DNA from: Scenedesmus sp. PABB004
Lineage: Eukaryota
Assembly: GCA_014905635.1 (NCBI GenBank)
Contig: JABVCE010000008.1
Location: forward strand, 434,001-498,000
Direction: 5' to 3'
Length of the DNA: 64,000 nt
The notes under the pieces: model-generated
What the model was told of the DNA's origin: nothing
What the model saw: only the letters and a program-made list of their open reading frames with translations
Databases searched by the model: none
Position numbers and translations under genes: made by a program
Part shown: piece by piece, positions 50,101 to 64,000 of the stretch
Layout: each line of letters opens with the position of its first letter
Position numbering within the stretch: position 1 is the stretch's first letter

Positions 50101-50598
50101 CGTGTGCACGCTGCTGCGGCCGGGCCGGCGCCGCGGGGGCGCAGCCCTGGCGTCTGGCGCGGCACACGCACGCGCCCGGCCCGCCCACCTTCAACACGCC
50201 GGCCCCGCCGACCAGGCGCCGCGCCGGCGCGGGCGGCCTGCCGCCGCCGCTGCGCGGCGCAGCAGGCCTGGCCCCAACTGGCCGCGCCTGCCCGCAGGGG
50301 CGCAGTGTGGAGATCGGACGCCTGCAGGCGTTGCGTGCAGGGGCCGGGCGTGGGCGGCCGGGGCTGCGCAGCAGCGGCGGCGCACGAGCGCGCGGCGCGG
50401 TCGCGGAGCACGCGACCGATGCGCCGGTGGCCCTGTTTGTGGTTGGCCGCATAGCGGAAGCGGCGGACGAGGTTCTGCAGAACCGCTGGCCGTGCCGCAA
50501 GCGCTGTCGCACGGTTTACTTGGCCGCCGCAGAGCGCGCACGAGAGAGCCAGGTCACGCAGCGGCCGCGCGGGGCGGATGCAAGGCTTACATAGACGC
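47108..50598. repeat. Segmental direct repeat, copy 2 (partner 39381-42491)
   Basis: Same as copy 1; longer because it retains 49437-49775. Confidence 0.95.
47109..49915 (-). pseudogene. MYND-finger protein gene copy 2, disrupted
   Basis: Relative to copy 1: GAG>TAG at 48993-48995, 5-nt deletion near 48710, 22-nt insertion 47287-47308 inside the MYND finger. Confidence 0.8.
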
Positions 50599-50672
50599 AC
50601 GTCGCCGCTCCCGCACGGCCGGCGCGCCAGACCGCCCACCGCCCGCACTGCCGCACTGCTGCGCGAGCCGCT

Positions 50673-52429
50673 TCACTCGCCGGCGTGCGCAGGCGCCACG
50701 CCGTGTGGTGGCGCGTGCTGGCCGGCGACGATGCTGCGGATGAGCGCGGCAGGCGAGTTGACGTGCGGGAAGGCGCCAAACTTCTCGCTGTGGTACCCGG
50801 CCTGCCGACGCAGCGCGTGGCGCGCGCGTGTGAGGCGGGCGCGCGCAGGCAGGGAGGGCGGCGCGGGCGTGGGGCGGCGGCGGCACCGCAAACAGGCGCC
50901 CGCCACGGCGCCGCGCACCTGCAGGCTGCGCGACGCCGCCTCCGCCGCGCTGAGCAGGTGCTCCACCTTGGACACGAGCGCGACGAGCGCCTCAACCTTG
51001 AGCTCGGCGCTGCGCAGGCTGCTGTCCTGCGCCGCCGTCATCGGGCCGGGCGGCCCCGCCGCGGCGGGCTCGCCCTCCGCGGCGGGCTCACCCGCCGGCT
51101 GCTCGAGCCCTGTCGGCGCCTCCGCCGGCGCGGGCTGCTCGGCGGCACCAGGCGCCGCCTCCGCCACCGCCGGCTGCTTGGCGCCGGCTGCGCCCTGCTC
51201 GTCGCCGGGCGCCGCCTGGGCTGCCGCGCCCTGCTCAGCGCCGCCCGCCTCCGCGCCGCGCGCCTCCTCCGCGCCGCCCAGGGCATCGTACTGCCGCCGC
51301 AGCGCCAGCCACTCCGCCTCCTCCTGCAGCAGGCTGCGGCCGCGGCGGGGCGGCGGGGTGCCGCGTGCGCCCAGGTTGGCGGCGGCGGCGGCGGCTGCGG
51401 CTGCGCCAGCGCCTCACGCCCGTGCCAGCCCCACCCCCGCGCCCGCCGCGCCGCCTCCCCACCTGTCGCGCTTGTCCCGCAGCTCCGCCTTTTTCTTCTC
51501 GACCAGGTAGGGCAGCACCGAGGCGTGCGACGCCAGCAGCGCCGGCGCGCCGCCGTCTGCCGCCTGCTCACCGGCCTCGCCGGCCTCGCCGGCCTCGCGC
51601 CGCGCCGCCAGCGCCGTGCCGACCTGCTCCCTGAACGCGCCCGCCGCGGCGCGCGCCGACTCGGCGGTCGCGCCGGGCAGCTTCTTGGCCTCGCACACAA
51701 ACACCCACTCCGCGAGGTCGCACAGCTCGCTGGGCAGCACCGAGAAGCGCAGCGCCGCGGGGTCGGCGGCGGGCACGTCGGGCGCCGGCGGCGCCGCGTC
51801 GGCGCACGGCGGCGCCGCGTCGGCGTCGGCGCACGGCGCCGCCTGGTCGGTCATCGCCGCGTCGTCGTCGGCGCCGCCCGCAGGCGAGGGCGCGGGCGCG
51901 GGGCTGGCCGGGTCCAGCTGCAGCCCCGGCCGGACCGCGGCGGGGCTGCGGCCGCGCGGCGTGGCCGCCGCCTTGGCCGACGGCGTGGCCGCCTTGGCCG
52001 GCGGCGGCGCGCCGGGCGGCGGCGCGGGCGCCTTGCGCTTGCGGCGGAACACAAAGTCGCTGACCTCAACCACCTCGTGGCCTGGGGGCAGGGCGGGCCG
52101 CGGGGCGCGGCGGGGCGGGCGGGCCGGCGGCGGCGGTTGTGGCGCGCGCGCAGCTCGACCAGCGAGCACCGAGCGCGGCGGCGAGCGCCCGGCGAGCGCG
52201 CAGGCGGCGGCTGGACGCACCCCTGGAGCGCCGCTTCACGACCTCCTTGAACTTGGTGTCCTGCGCAGGGGCCACGCCGGGGTGGGGCGCGGGGCGCCGC
52301 TGCTGTTGTTGCCCCGGCGCCGCGCGCGCCCCCGCGCGGCCACGCGCCGCCGGCAGCCCGCACCTCCGCCGCCACTGAAATCTGGACCTTGATGACGCCG
52401 GGAGGCTGCGGCTCCATGGCGGGCTCCAT
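50673..52429 (-). CDS. Probable DSN1/Mis13-like kinetochore (Mis12 complex) protein, 5 exons
   Basis: N-terminal SDFVFRRKRK, disordered SP/TP-rich segment, coiled coil LLQEEAEWLAL, second coiled coil, C-terminal SPAALIRSI; pattern recalled from the Mis13/Dsn1 family. Confidence 0.45.
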
Positions 52430-53288
52430 GCCACCCAGCGCCGCGGGCGCCGCCGTCGGCACGCGGGGATGCCTGCCTCACGGAGCCGGGCTCACGCTGC
52501 GCCGCGCAGCTCCACGCGGCCGCGTTTGAGCGATGGCGGGAGCACGCCGGGCGACCGGACCGGCGACGCGGGGCGGCGTGCGGAGCAGGCGGGGGAGGCA
52601 ACCGACGAGCGGCCTGCCAGGCTGTCGACCGGGGTCTCTGGCGTCGCTGGGAAGGCGGCGTCTGGTCGCCGTGAGGCCGGTGGGCGGGCCCGGGGGCGCT
52701 GCAGCGGGCCCAGGGAGGAGTGTCACATTTCAAGCGACGTGCGGCCGCCGCGGCTGTCGTGCGTGGCCGACCTGGGTCGCCACAGGGGCCCCGTGCTGCT
52801 GCTCTGGCCGCAGCAAATCCCGCCGCAGCGCCAGCACACACGCCTGCGCGCAGCGGCCGGGGCGCGGCTCGACGTCGCCGCTCGCGCCGGCGCCGCCGCC
52901 GCTCAAGCTGCCGCCGTGGTGGCCTGGAGGCATGCGCCGCGCTGCACCCCCGCCAGCGCTGCACCCCGCGGCGCGCGCGCGCCGGGGGGTGCGGACCGCG
53001 CGCGCTGCGCGGACCGCGCCGCGCGTGCGCCGCCGCGCCGGCCGCCGCGCCGATCGCGTCGGTCGCCACGGGGCGGTCCAGGCGTGACCGCACGTGACGC
53101 CAGCGGCGCCCTGAGCTGAGTGGGCGCTGTAGGGTTCCCGCCGCCGCCGCCGCGCGCTGCTGGAGGCCGTCCCGGCCCCAGCGGTCCCCCGCAGTCGCCC
53201 TCCAGCCGCGCACCGACTCACAACACGCAACGCGCCCGCGCACGGCCCCCAGCTCCCCCTCGGGCGCGCCTGCAGCAGCAGCAGCGCG

Positions 53289-55323
<2,035 letters not shown>

Positions 55324-55912
55324 TGCGCGGCGATGACGACGTGACGTCGTGGCGGCGGCGTCGGCGCGCACGCGGTGTCGCACGCCGGGCAGCGGCCGCG
55401 GCGCGGCGCGGCGCGGGCGAGGTGCCCGGTGCCGCCGCGCGGCGGGGCGCGCCACGCAGCCGCGCGCGGCGGCGCGGCGCCTGGGCAGCGGGCGGGGCGG
55501 CGGGGCACGCAGCGGGGGCGGCGGGGCGCAGGCTGAACTGCTGCACGAACTGCCGGGCGGCGGCTGCGGGCCGCGGGCTGCGCGCCGCGTGATCGGTCTG
55601 GAGCGCTCCACACGGGCTGGCGCTGACGAGGGAGCTCGGAGCAGCTGTGTGCCCCTGTGACTCGCGGGCCGTGCCGCTGCTCGCGTCGCGTGCGGGAGGC
55701 GCGCCGACCAGCTGGTCCTGCAGGGCACCGCCGCTGCCAGCTGGTGCCGCCGAGCCAGCTGCCTGCTGCTCTCACGCGCACCCAGGCGTGGTGCATCCGC
55801 GCCCAAAGAGGCGCCGCCAGCAGCGCGCTCAACAACGGCCGCGCTGCGCGTGCCATGCGCCGTGCGCGCTGCCGCCGCCGCGCGCCGCCGCGCCGCCGCG
55901 CCGCCGAGCGCA

Positions 55913-55920
55913 TTTGCCGC
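55913..55920 (+). promoter_or_regulatory. Candidate E2F site TTTGCCGC upstream of RNR1
   Basis: Matches TTTSSCGC about 260 nt before ATG 56177. Confidence 0.3.
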
Positions 55921-56176
55921 CACCGCAGCTCACCGCAACTGCTGCAGCGTCGCGTTCTGGGCGTCCGGCGGGGGGCGTGACGGGCGCACGCCGAGCCAAC
56001 AAAAAAACAGCGCGCTTTTGCTCGAACGCTTTGAACGCGCGGCGGCTACCAGGCCGCCTCCCCGGCCGCCTGGCGGCCACAGCGCGCCCCCGCCCGCTCC
56101 ACATCCACCCCCCGCCCCTCGAGCCGGTCGATGAGGGCCTGAGCCGGTCGCGCCGCACACCACAGCGCGGAGCAGG

Positions 56177-59100
56177 ATGTACGTCGTCAAGCGCGACGGC
56201 CGCAAGGAGCCGGTGGCGTTCGACAAGATCACCGCGCGCATCACCAAGCTGACCTATGGCCTCAACAGCCAGTTCTGCGACCCTGTGCGCCCACGCGCCC
56301 GCCATCGCCCGCGCGCGCCCGCCTGGCGCCCGCCTGCGGCCCCGGCAGCCCCCGGCCGCCTGCCCACGGCGCCCCCTGCGCCGTGCGCAGGTGCTGGTGG
56401 CCCAGAAGGTCGCCGCCGGCGTCTATCGCGGCGTAACAACGAGCGAGCTGGACGAGCTCGCCGCGGAGACGGCCGCTGCGATGACGTCCATGCACCCCGA
56501 CTACGCGCTGGTGCGTGCCAGGCCCGCCCGGCGCAGCGCCGCGGCGGCGGGGGCTCACGCGCGCCCGCACGCCCGCAGCTGGCCGCCCGCATCGCCGTGT
56601 CCAACCTGCACAAGAACACGCTCAAGTCCTTCAGCATGACGTGCGCGTCCGCTGGCTCACGCCCCCGCCAGCGCCCTGGCGCGCCGGCGGCGGCCCCGGC
56701 GCGCCGCGCCGCGCACGCCGCCCGCCGGCGCGGCGCGCGGCCGCCGCGCTGCTGCTGCGCGCGCCGCGCCCACGCCCGGCCGCCCGCGCTGCCCGCATGC
56801 GCAGCGCCAAGCTCATGTACGAGCACATCAACACCAAGAACGGCGACCCGGCGCCGCTGATCAGCGACGAGGTGTACGCGATCATCCAGGAGGTGCGCCG
56901 GCGGCTGGGGCGGTTGGCCGGCGCCCGGGCTGGGCCCGGGCGCGGCGCCGCCGCGGCAGGGCGGGCCGCGCGCCGCCGCGCGGGCCGCAGCCAGCCAGCC
57001 AGCCCCCTCCCCCCTCCTCCTCCCGGCGCCGCGCGTTGCCCGCGGGCACAGCCCCGCGGGCACAGCCAGCCGCACGCGCGCACGCGAGCTCGCTGGGCGC
57101 ATGCCAACGCTCACGCCCCGCCCGCGCCGTGCCGCGCACTGCAGCATGCGGAGCGCTTTGACAGCGAGATCATCTACGACCGCGACTTTGACTATGACTA
57201 CTTTGGCTTCAAGGTGCGCCGCGGCGGCGCGTTCAAAATTTCAAACCCCCGGCCGCGCCCCGCACGCGCCATGCCGCGCGTCGCGCCGGCGGCCGCCGAC
57301 GCCCCGCCGCCGCCGCCTGCCGCCGACGCCCGCCCGCCCGCCCCGCGCGGCCGCGCGCAGACGCTGGAGCGCTCCTACCTGCTGCGCCTGCACGGCAAGG
57401 TCGTGGAGCGGCCGCAGCACATGCTCATGCGCGTCGCGATCGGCATCCACATGACGGACGTCGACGCGGCGATGCGGACGTACCACCTGCTCAGCGAGCG
57501 CTGGTTCACGCACGCGAGCCCCACGCTCTTCAACGCCGGCACGCCGCGCCCGCAGCTCAGCAGCTGCTTCCTCGTCTGCTCCAAGAACGACTCGATCGAG
57601 GGCATCTACGACAGCCTCAAGGAGTGCGCCGTCATCAGCAAGAGCGCGGGCGGCATCGGACTCTCCATCCACAACATCCGCGCGACGGGGAGCTACATCC
57701 GCGGCACCAACGGCACCAGCAACGGCATCGTGCCGATGCTCCGCGTCTTCAACGACACCGCGCGCTACGTCGACCAGGCGCGCGCACACGCCGCACCGCG
57801 CGCGCACCAGCGCGGCGGCGCGCGCGCGCGCCCCACACCCTCGTCCGCTCACGCTCCTCCTCAGTTGGCCCCCTGGCCCTGCCCTGCCCCGCCCCGCGCG
57901 CAATCCACGCGGACAGGGCGGCGGCAAGCGCAAGGGCGCGTTTGCGATCTACCTCGAGCCGTGGCACGCCGACATCTTTGAGTGGCTCGACCTGCGCAAG
58001 AACCACGGCAAGGAGGAGGCGCGCGCGCGCGACCTCTTTTATGGCCTCTGGATCAACGACCTCTTCATGCGCCGCGTCGAGGCGAACGAGGACTGGAGCC
58101 TCTTCTGCCCCAACGAGGCGCCCGGGCTCGCCGACGTGTGGGGCGAGGAGTTTGACGCCCTCTACGAGCGGTGAGGCGCGCGGCGCGGCACACAGGGCGC
58201 GGCGCGGCGCGGCGGCGCGGGGGGAGGGGCAGGGAGGGGCTGACGCAGGGCGGCGCGGGCTGAAGCGCGGTGGCTGCTAGCTGCGCGCGTGGCTGCGGCC
58301 GCAGCCGGCCGGCCGGCCGCTCACGCGCCGCCCACCGCCGCCCGCCGCCTGTCGCGCAGCTACGAGCGCGAGGGCCGCGCGCGCCGCGTCGTGCGCGCGC
58401 AGCAGCTCTGGTTTGGCGTGCTCGAGGCCCAGATCGAGACGGGCAACCCCTACATGCTCTACAAGGACTCCTGCAACCGCAAGTCCAACCAGCAGAACCT
58501 GGGGACGATCAAGTGCAGCAACCTGTGCACCGAGATCATCGAGTACACCAGCCCCGAGGAGACCGCGGTCTGCAACCTCGCGAGCATCGCGCTCCCGCGC
58601 TTCGTGCGCGAGCGCACGCAGCAGGCGCGCGCGGCGCCGCGCGCGCGCGGCGGGGCGCGCGCGCGCGACGCTGCGGCTGCCTGCCTGCGCGCGGCGCGCG
58701 CGGCTGGCCCGCCGCCGGCCCGCCGCCGCTCACCCCGGCCCGCCCCCGCCCCGCCGCCCGCCCTGCCACCCCCTCCCTCCTGAACCCCCCGCGCGCGCAG
58801 GGCCCCGGCTACGACACCAAGAAGCTCGTCGGCAGCCTCGGCGCGGCGGAGCGCTACTTTGACTTTGAGAAGCTCGCCGAGGTGACGGGCGTGGTGACGG
58901 CCAACCTCAACAAGATCATCGACGTCAACTTCTACCCCACCGAGTCGGCGCGCCGCTCCAACACGCGGCACCGCCCGATCGGGCTCGGCGTGCAGGGCCT
59001 CGCCGACACGTTCCTGCTGCTCGGCCTGCCGTTTGACTCGCCCGAGGCGGTGCAGCTGAACAAGGACATCTTTGAGACGATGTACTTTGCCGCGCTGCGC

Positions 59101-60252
59101 ACGAGCAACGGCCTCGCCAAGGAGCACGGCCCGTACGAGACCTACGCGGGCAGCCCCGTGTCGCGCGGCGTGCTGCAGCAGGACATGTGGGGCGTCAAGG
59201 TGCGGCGCGCGGCGCTGGGGCGCGGCGCGGGGGCCGCGGGCCGCAGGGGCACGCGCGCGGGCCAGGGCTCCCCGGCCCAGCCGCGGCGCGCGCCCGCAGC
59301 GCGCGCCGCCGCGCCGCGCGCCCACGCCGCCGCCGCCCCCGCCCCCGCCGCCCGCGCCGCAGCCGAGCTCGGGTCGCTGGGACTGGGACGCGCTGCGCGC
59401 CGACATTGCGGCGCACGGCGTGCGCAACAGCCTGCTGCTCGCGCCGATGCCGACGGCGAGCACGAGCCAGATCCTGGGCAACAACGAGTGCTTTGAGCCG
59501 TACACGTCCAACATCTACGTCCGCCGCGTGCTCAGCGGCGAGTTCACGGTCGTCAACCAGCACCTGCTCGCCGACCTCACCGCCATGGGCCTGTGGGACG
59601 CGGCGCTGAAGAACGAGCTCGTCGCCGCCAACGGCAGCGTGCAGGGGCTCGACATCCCCATGCACCTCAAGCAGCTCTACAAGACGGTCTGGGAGATCAA
59701 GCAGCGCTCCCTCGTCGACATGGCCGCCGACCGCGGCGCGTACATCGACCAGAGCCAGAGCTTCAACGTCCACATGCCCGACCCCAACTTTGGCAAGCTT
59801 ACGAGCCTCCACTTCCATGCCTGGCGCAGCGGGCTCAAGACGGGTGCGCGCGCGGCGCGCACCGCGCACGCGCGCGTGCACCGCCGGCAGCCCGCGCCGC
59901 GCGCGCCGCCGGCAGCCGGGCGCGCGCGCGCTGACCGCTCGCGCTGCCCCGCGCTGCTGCCCTCCTCCTGCGTGCCGCGCGTGCAGGCATGTACTACCTG
60001 CGCACGCGCGCCGCGGCGGACGCGATCAAGTTCACGGTCGACCAGCAGTCGCTCAACGTCAACAAGAAGCCCACGCCAGTCGCGCCCGACGGCGCGCCGC
60101 CGGCGGGCCTGCTGTCGCCGGGGCGCAAGGCCCTCGCGTCGCTCGCGCTCGACGAGAGCAGCGGCCTCTCGCACGAGGAGCGCGAGGCGCAGCTGGCCAA
60201 GATGATCTGCTCGATCGAGAACAAGGACGCCTGCCTCATGTGCAGCGGCTGA
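56177..60252 (+). CDS. RNR1: Ribonucleotide reductase class Ia large subunit (R1), 11 exons
   Basis: ATP cone MYVVKRDGR...[54 protein letters not shown]-terminal CLMC. Confidence 0.97.
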
Positions 60253-61256
60253 GCCCGGGGCCCCCGCGGGCCTTGGGGCCGGCACCCCCGGCGCCGGCGG
60301 CGGGCACGGCGCACCGGCGCGGCCCTGCAACAGGGGCCGCGCGCGGGGCGCAGGGGGCGCGGCGCGACCCGGCCAGCGCCCCCCTATCTTGACGCCTGCG
60401 GCGCCCGGCGCGCGCGGCTGCGCAGCAGGCGCTGCGCGGCCCCGCGCTGCGGCCGGGTGCCGCCTGTACTCACCGTTGTTGGTTCCCGTCTGCCGCGTGC
60501 GGCAGCGGCCTGGTCGTCTCTTTCCAGCGCGCGTGTGCATGTGCGAGCGAGCGACGCGTGCGTGCGTGTTGCGCGATCCAGGGGGGGCGTGTGCGCGCGC
60601 GGGCGGCCGCGCCCCGCCTGCGGGCAGCCGCCCGCGCCCTCTCTCTCTCTGCCTCGGTCTCTCTCTGTCACCTCCCTGACCCTTGACCTGACCCCTTGAC
60701 GCGCCGCCAGGCGTGCGTGACCGGCCCCCGTTTGGCGGCGGCCGTTGCTCCGGGCGGCGCGCGCGACCGCGCCGAGGCAACCGCCCGCCGCCCGCGACCG
60801 CCTCCCGCAACCGCCGCGCGGCCCCCTCGCTCGCGACAGGCAGTCTGCAGCTCCTGGCGGCTGCAGGCCGCAGGGGCGCAGCGAGCTGCCAAAGGCGCCG
60901 GCGAGCGAGCGACGAGGTTCAGGCCGAAACCGCTGCAGCCGCCGCGCGGCCAAAGCTCGGCGCCAGCCCCTGGCGCCGCCCACCCCGCGCCGCCCACCCC
61001 ACGCGCGCGACCTGGCGCGCCTCAGCGCCCCTCCGGATCCGCGCCGGCGCCGGCGCCGCCCCGGCGGCTGCAGCAGCGGGGCCGCCCGCTCGCACACCGC
61101 AGCGGCCTGCAGCGTCCACGCTCTCCCCACCGCAAGCCCACCACACAGCACTTACCGACCAACAGCTCGCAGCAAGCACCAGCGGCACCGGCGGTGGCAG
61201 CAGCGGCGGCAGCGGCGGCAGCTCCGGCGGCACCGGCGGCAGGAGCGGCGGCGGCC

Positions 61257-62082
61257 ATGGACCTGCTGTTGCAGACGGGCACGCAGAGCCACGCGTGGCG
61301 CATCGCCGCCTACTTCAACGGCGCCGCTGAGTGGGCCCCAATCTTCCCGCCCGGCCTCGCCGACTCGGCCGAGGAGCTCGGCCCCTGCACCGCCAACGAG
61401 GGGCCGTGCCTCGTGCTGCTGCGCAACAGCCGGCTGCCGCCGGCCGCGCTCAGCGCGTGGCTGGGGGCCAGCTTCGTGGGGCGCGTCGTGATGCGCGTGT
61501 TCTGGCTCCCCCGCGACGCGCCGCCGGCGGCGAGCAGGGACGCGCTGGTCGCCGAGGTGCTGGCGGCGCCGGCCCCCGAGGGCCTGACCGGCGTGCGGCT
61601 CGACGTGCACCCCAAGGCGCAGCTGCTGGAGCTCGGGGTGCGGCGGGCGGCGCGGCGGGCGGCGGCGCGGCCGCGGGCCCGCCTGCTCAGCTGCGCCCGC
61701 CCGCCCGCCGCCGCAGGACGCGCTCGCCGCCGCTGGCGCGCCCTGGCCAATGCACCCGGTCGTGTACAGCCACGTGCTGTTTGCGGTGGAGCACGGCGGC
61801 GCGTGGCGCTGGGGGCTCATGGCGCGGGAGCAGGTGTGGAAAAACCCGTGCGACGTGCCGGCGCGGTTCAGCAAGAGCGTCGCCACGGTGCGAGCGCCGC
61901 CGCGCAGCGCCGCGCCGAGGGGGCGCCGCTGCTGCCGGGCGGCGCGCGCGGCGCGGCGCGGCGCGGCGCGCCGGCGACCCCGCCGGCCGCGCGCAGGCGA
62001 TCAACAAGCTGGCCGAGGCGATGCAGGTGCTGGGGCTCAAGCCGGACGTGCACCTGCAGCTGAGCGAGGGCCAGCGGCCGCC

Positions 62083-62160
<78 letters not shown>

Positions 62161-63041
62161 ACCGCCGGGCGCGCGGCGCTGGGCCATCGACGTGGGCGCC
62201 TGCCCCGGCGGCTGGTCAACGTACCTCGCCAGCTGCGGCTTCCACGTCGCAGCGATCGACCCGGGTGCGGCGGGCAGCCGCGGCGGGGCCCGCCGACCGA
62301 CACGCAGGGGCAGCCGCTGCGCCCGGCGCGCCGACGCCGACGCCGCCGCGCCGCGCCGCCCGCCGCGCCGCCGCCCGCAGCGCCGCTGCACCCCGACGTC
62401 GCGGCGATGCCAGGCGTCACGCAGATCCTCGGCCGCGCGCAGGACGCGGGCCCGGCGCTGGACCAGCTGCTGGGGCCTGGCGAGCAGGTGCGCGCCGCCG
62501 CCCGCCGCGCCGGCGCGCGCCGCCGCCGCGCCAGGCCGGCTGACCTGCCGCGCGCTGCGCCGCGCTGCGCCGCTGCCCCGGGCCAGGCGGAGCTTCTGGT
62601 GTGTGACATGAATGAGAACCCCCGGCGCATCGGCGACGTCCTCGCGCCCCTCCTGCCCCGCCTGCTCCCGGGTGCGGCGATGCCAAAGCACGCGCTGGGG
62701 AGGGCTGGCGGGCGGGCGCGCCCCGCGCGCCGCCGCGCGCCGCCACGCGGCCTGAACCCTGGGCCGGCGCGCAGGCGGGACGCTTGTGCTGACGGCCAAG
62801 TTCTACGGGCGCGGGCGTGACAAGTCGGGCTTCAAAGACCACCTGGACGCGCTGCCCGCGTTTGCGGTGAGGCCGCGCCCGCGCGGCGGCGCAGCGTGCG
62901 GGCGGGGCCGCATGCGGCCGACGCCGCCGCGCATGGCGCCCCGCCTGCGCGCAGGGCGTGTTTGAGCCGGGCCGGGCGCTGTGGCTGCTGGCCAATACGC
63001 TGTGCGAACGGACCTACGCTGCGCGGAAGCGCTTGGCGTGA
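61257..63041 (+). CDS. RlmM/FtsJ-like SAM-dependent 2'-O-methyltransferase with polyQ insertion
   Basis: AINKLAEA, AIDVGACPGGWS, VAAIDP, LLVCDMN, LVLTAK, LWLLANTLCERT (K-D-K-E type tetrad). Confidence 0.8.
62087..62158 (+). repeat. Pure (CAG)24 coding microsatellite
   Basis: 72 nt uninterrupted CAG, in frame. Confidence 0.95.
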
Positions 63042-63261
63042 CCGCGGCACGGTGCGGCGCGCCGCGGCGGCTCGAGCCCTGAAACCGCGTCACACGCTGC
63101 GCGCGACATGCGCCGCCGCCCCGCGTGCGCGCCAGCAGCGACCGGCACGAGCCCCGCGCGCGCGCCAGCAACACCGACGCCGCCGGCTGGCCCAGCAGCT
63201 GCCGCCCGGCTGCCGGCCCGCCAGCCCCCGCCTGCCAGCTGGCGCGCTCAGCGGGGGGCCC

Positions 63262-64000
63262 TCACAGGAAGTAGTCGGGCGCGGCGCGCTTGGACTGCGC
63301 GCCGCGCGCCTCCTGCGGCGCCGCCTCAAACACCTGCGCAGCGGGGCGACGGCGGCCGCGCGCTCAGGGAGGGGTGGGCTCGTGCCGCGAACGCGCGCAC
63401 GCGGAGCGCCCGCGCCAGCGCGCCGCGCCTTGAAGTTCTTGCTGAGGTGCTCGTCCAGCTCCAGGATGGCCGCGATGTTCCCGCACCTGCGCGCGCCGGC
63501 CAGCCCCGCGCGCGTGAGCGCCGACCGACAGCGAACGCGCGCTCGCACTACGCCGCCGGCATGCGCCCGCGCGGCGCCGCGCGCGCGCCGCGCTGCTCGC
63601 CTGTAGCAGTAGTTTGGCGCGCTCCACACGGTCACGAGCGCGTCGTGGAACATCCACTTGTAGCCGTCCATGACGAGCTGGTGCGCGCGGGCGATCATGG
63701 TGATCTTGTTCGCCGCCGCAAAGCTGCCCGCGACGTCGCCGCCAAACAGGTACCCCGCGCCGCGCGGCGAGAGGCCCCAGCCCTCGATGTCCTCCGGGTC
63801 GGACCAGAGCAGGTCGCACATCGCGCCGTCGTGCGGGACCTCCTGCTTGCGGTCGATCGTGCGGATCTGCGGCGCCGCGCGGGGTGCGGGGGAGCGAGGG
63901 AGCGGGCCTCGGCGGCGGGCCGAGCCGCGGCGGCGGGCGCGCACGCGGCGCCGTGGGGCGGTCGTTGCGTGCGCGGCGCGCGCCTGGTCGAGCGTGTTGA
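63262..64000 (-). CDS. PP4: Protein phosphatase 4 catalytic subunit, 3' part (5' end beyond window)
   Basis: [55 protein letters not shown]-terminal PDYFL*. Confidence 0.9.

Noticed and set aside
39381..50598. LTR retrotransposon or composite transposon bounded by the direct repeats
   Set aside because: Repeats contain an intron-bearing host-type gene, with no TG..CA ends, TSD, gag/pol or transposase visible.
56177..60252. Inteins, self-splicing introns or viral origin of the RNR genes
   Set aside because: All interruptions are short GT/GC-AG spliceosomal introns, and the proteins look like ordinary cellular class Ia subunits.

Overview
Very GC-rich, intron-dense eukaryotic nuclear DNA. Short GC-rich introns, TGTAA-type poly(A) motifs and chlorophyte-type SnRK2 kinases point to a green alga (inference; species not determinable). 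The window holds about 23 spliced genes, so most long six-frame ORFs are read-through or shadow ORFs. Housekeeping genes: Ca2+/H+ exchanger (CAX), two SnRK2-like kinases, both class Ia ribonucleotide reductase subunits, an MFS transporter, KRR1, tubulin cofactor D, trehalose-6-phosphate phosphatase, a TMUB-like protein, a probable DSN1/Mis13-like kinetochore protein, ornithine carbamoyltransferase, an RlmM/FtsJ-like methyltransferase and the 3' end of PP4c. Two accessory regions stand out. (1) 19.8-27.9 kb: three tandem paralogous secreted, probably GPI-anchored proteins of a family I do not recognise. (2) 39.4-50.9 kb: two near-identical direct-repeat copies of a MYND-finger gene that differ mainly in two in-frame hypervariable, non-synonymous patches. 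They flank a divergent pair of secreted genes: a Cu/Zn-SOD-like protein lacking the copper histidines and a heme peroxidase. The SOD-like gene has an intron copied from a neighbouring unrelated gene and bounded by a 7-bp direct repeat. About 30% of the introns I could place use GC donors, always after exonic AG. All gene models and family calls come from manual reading; no searches were run.
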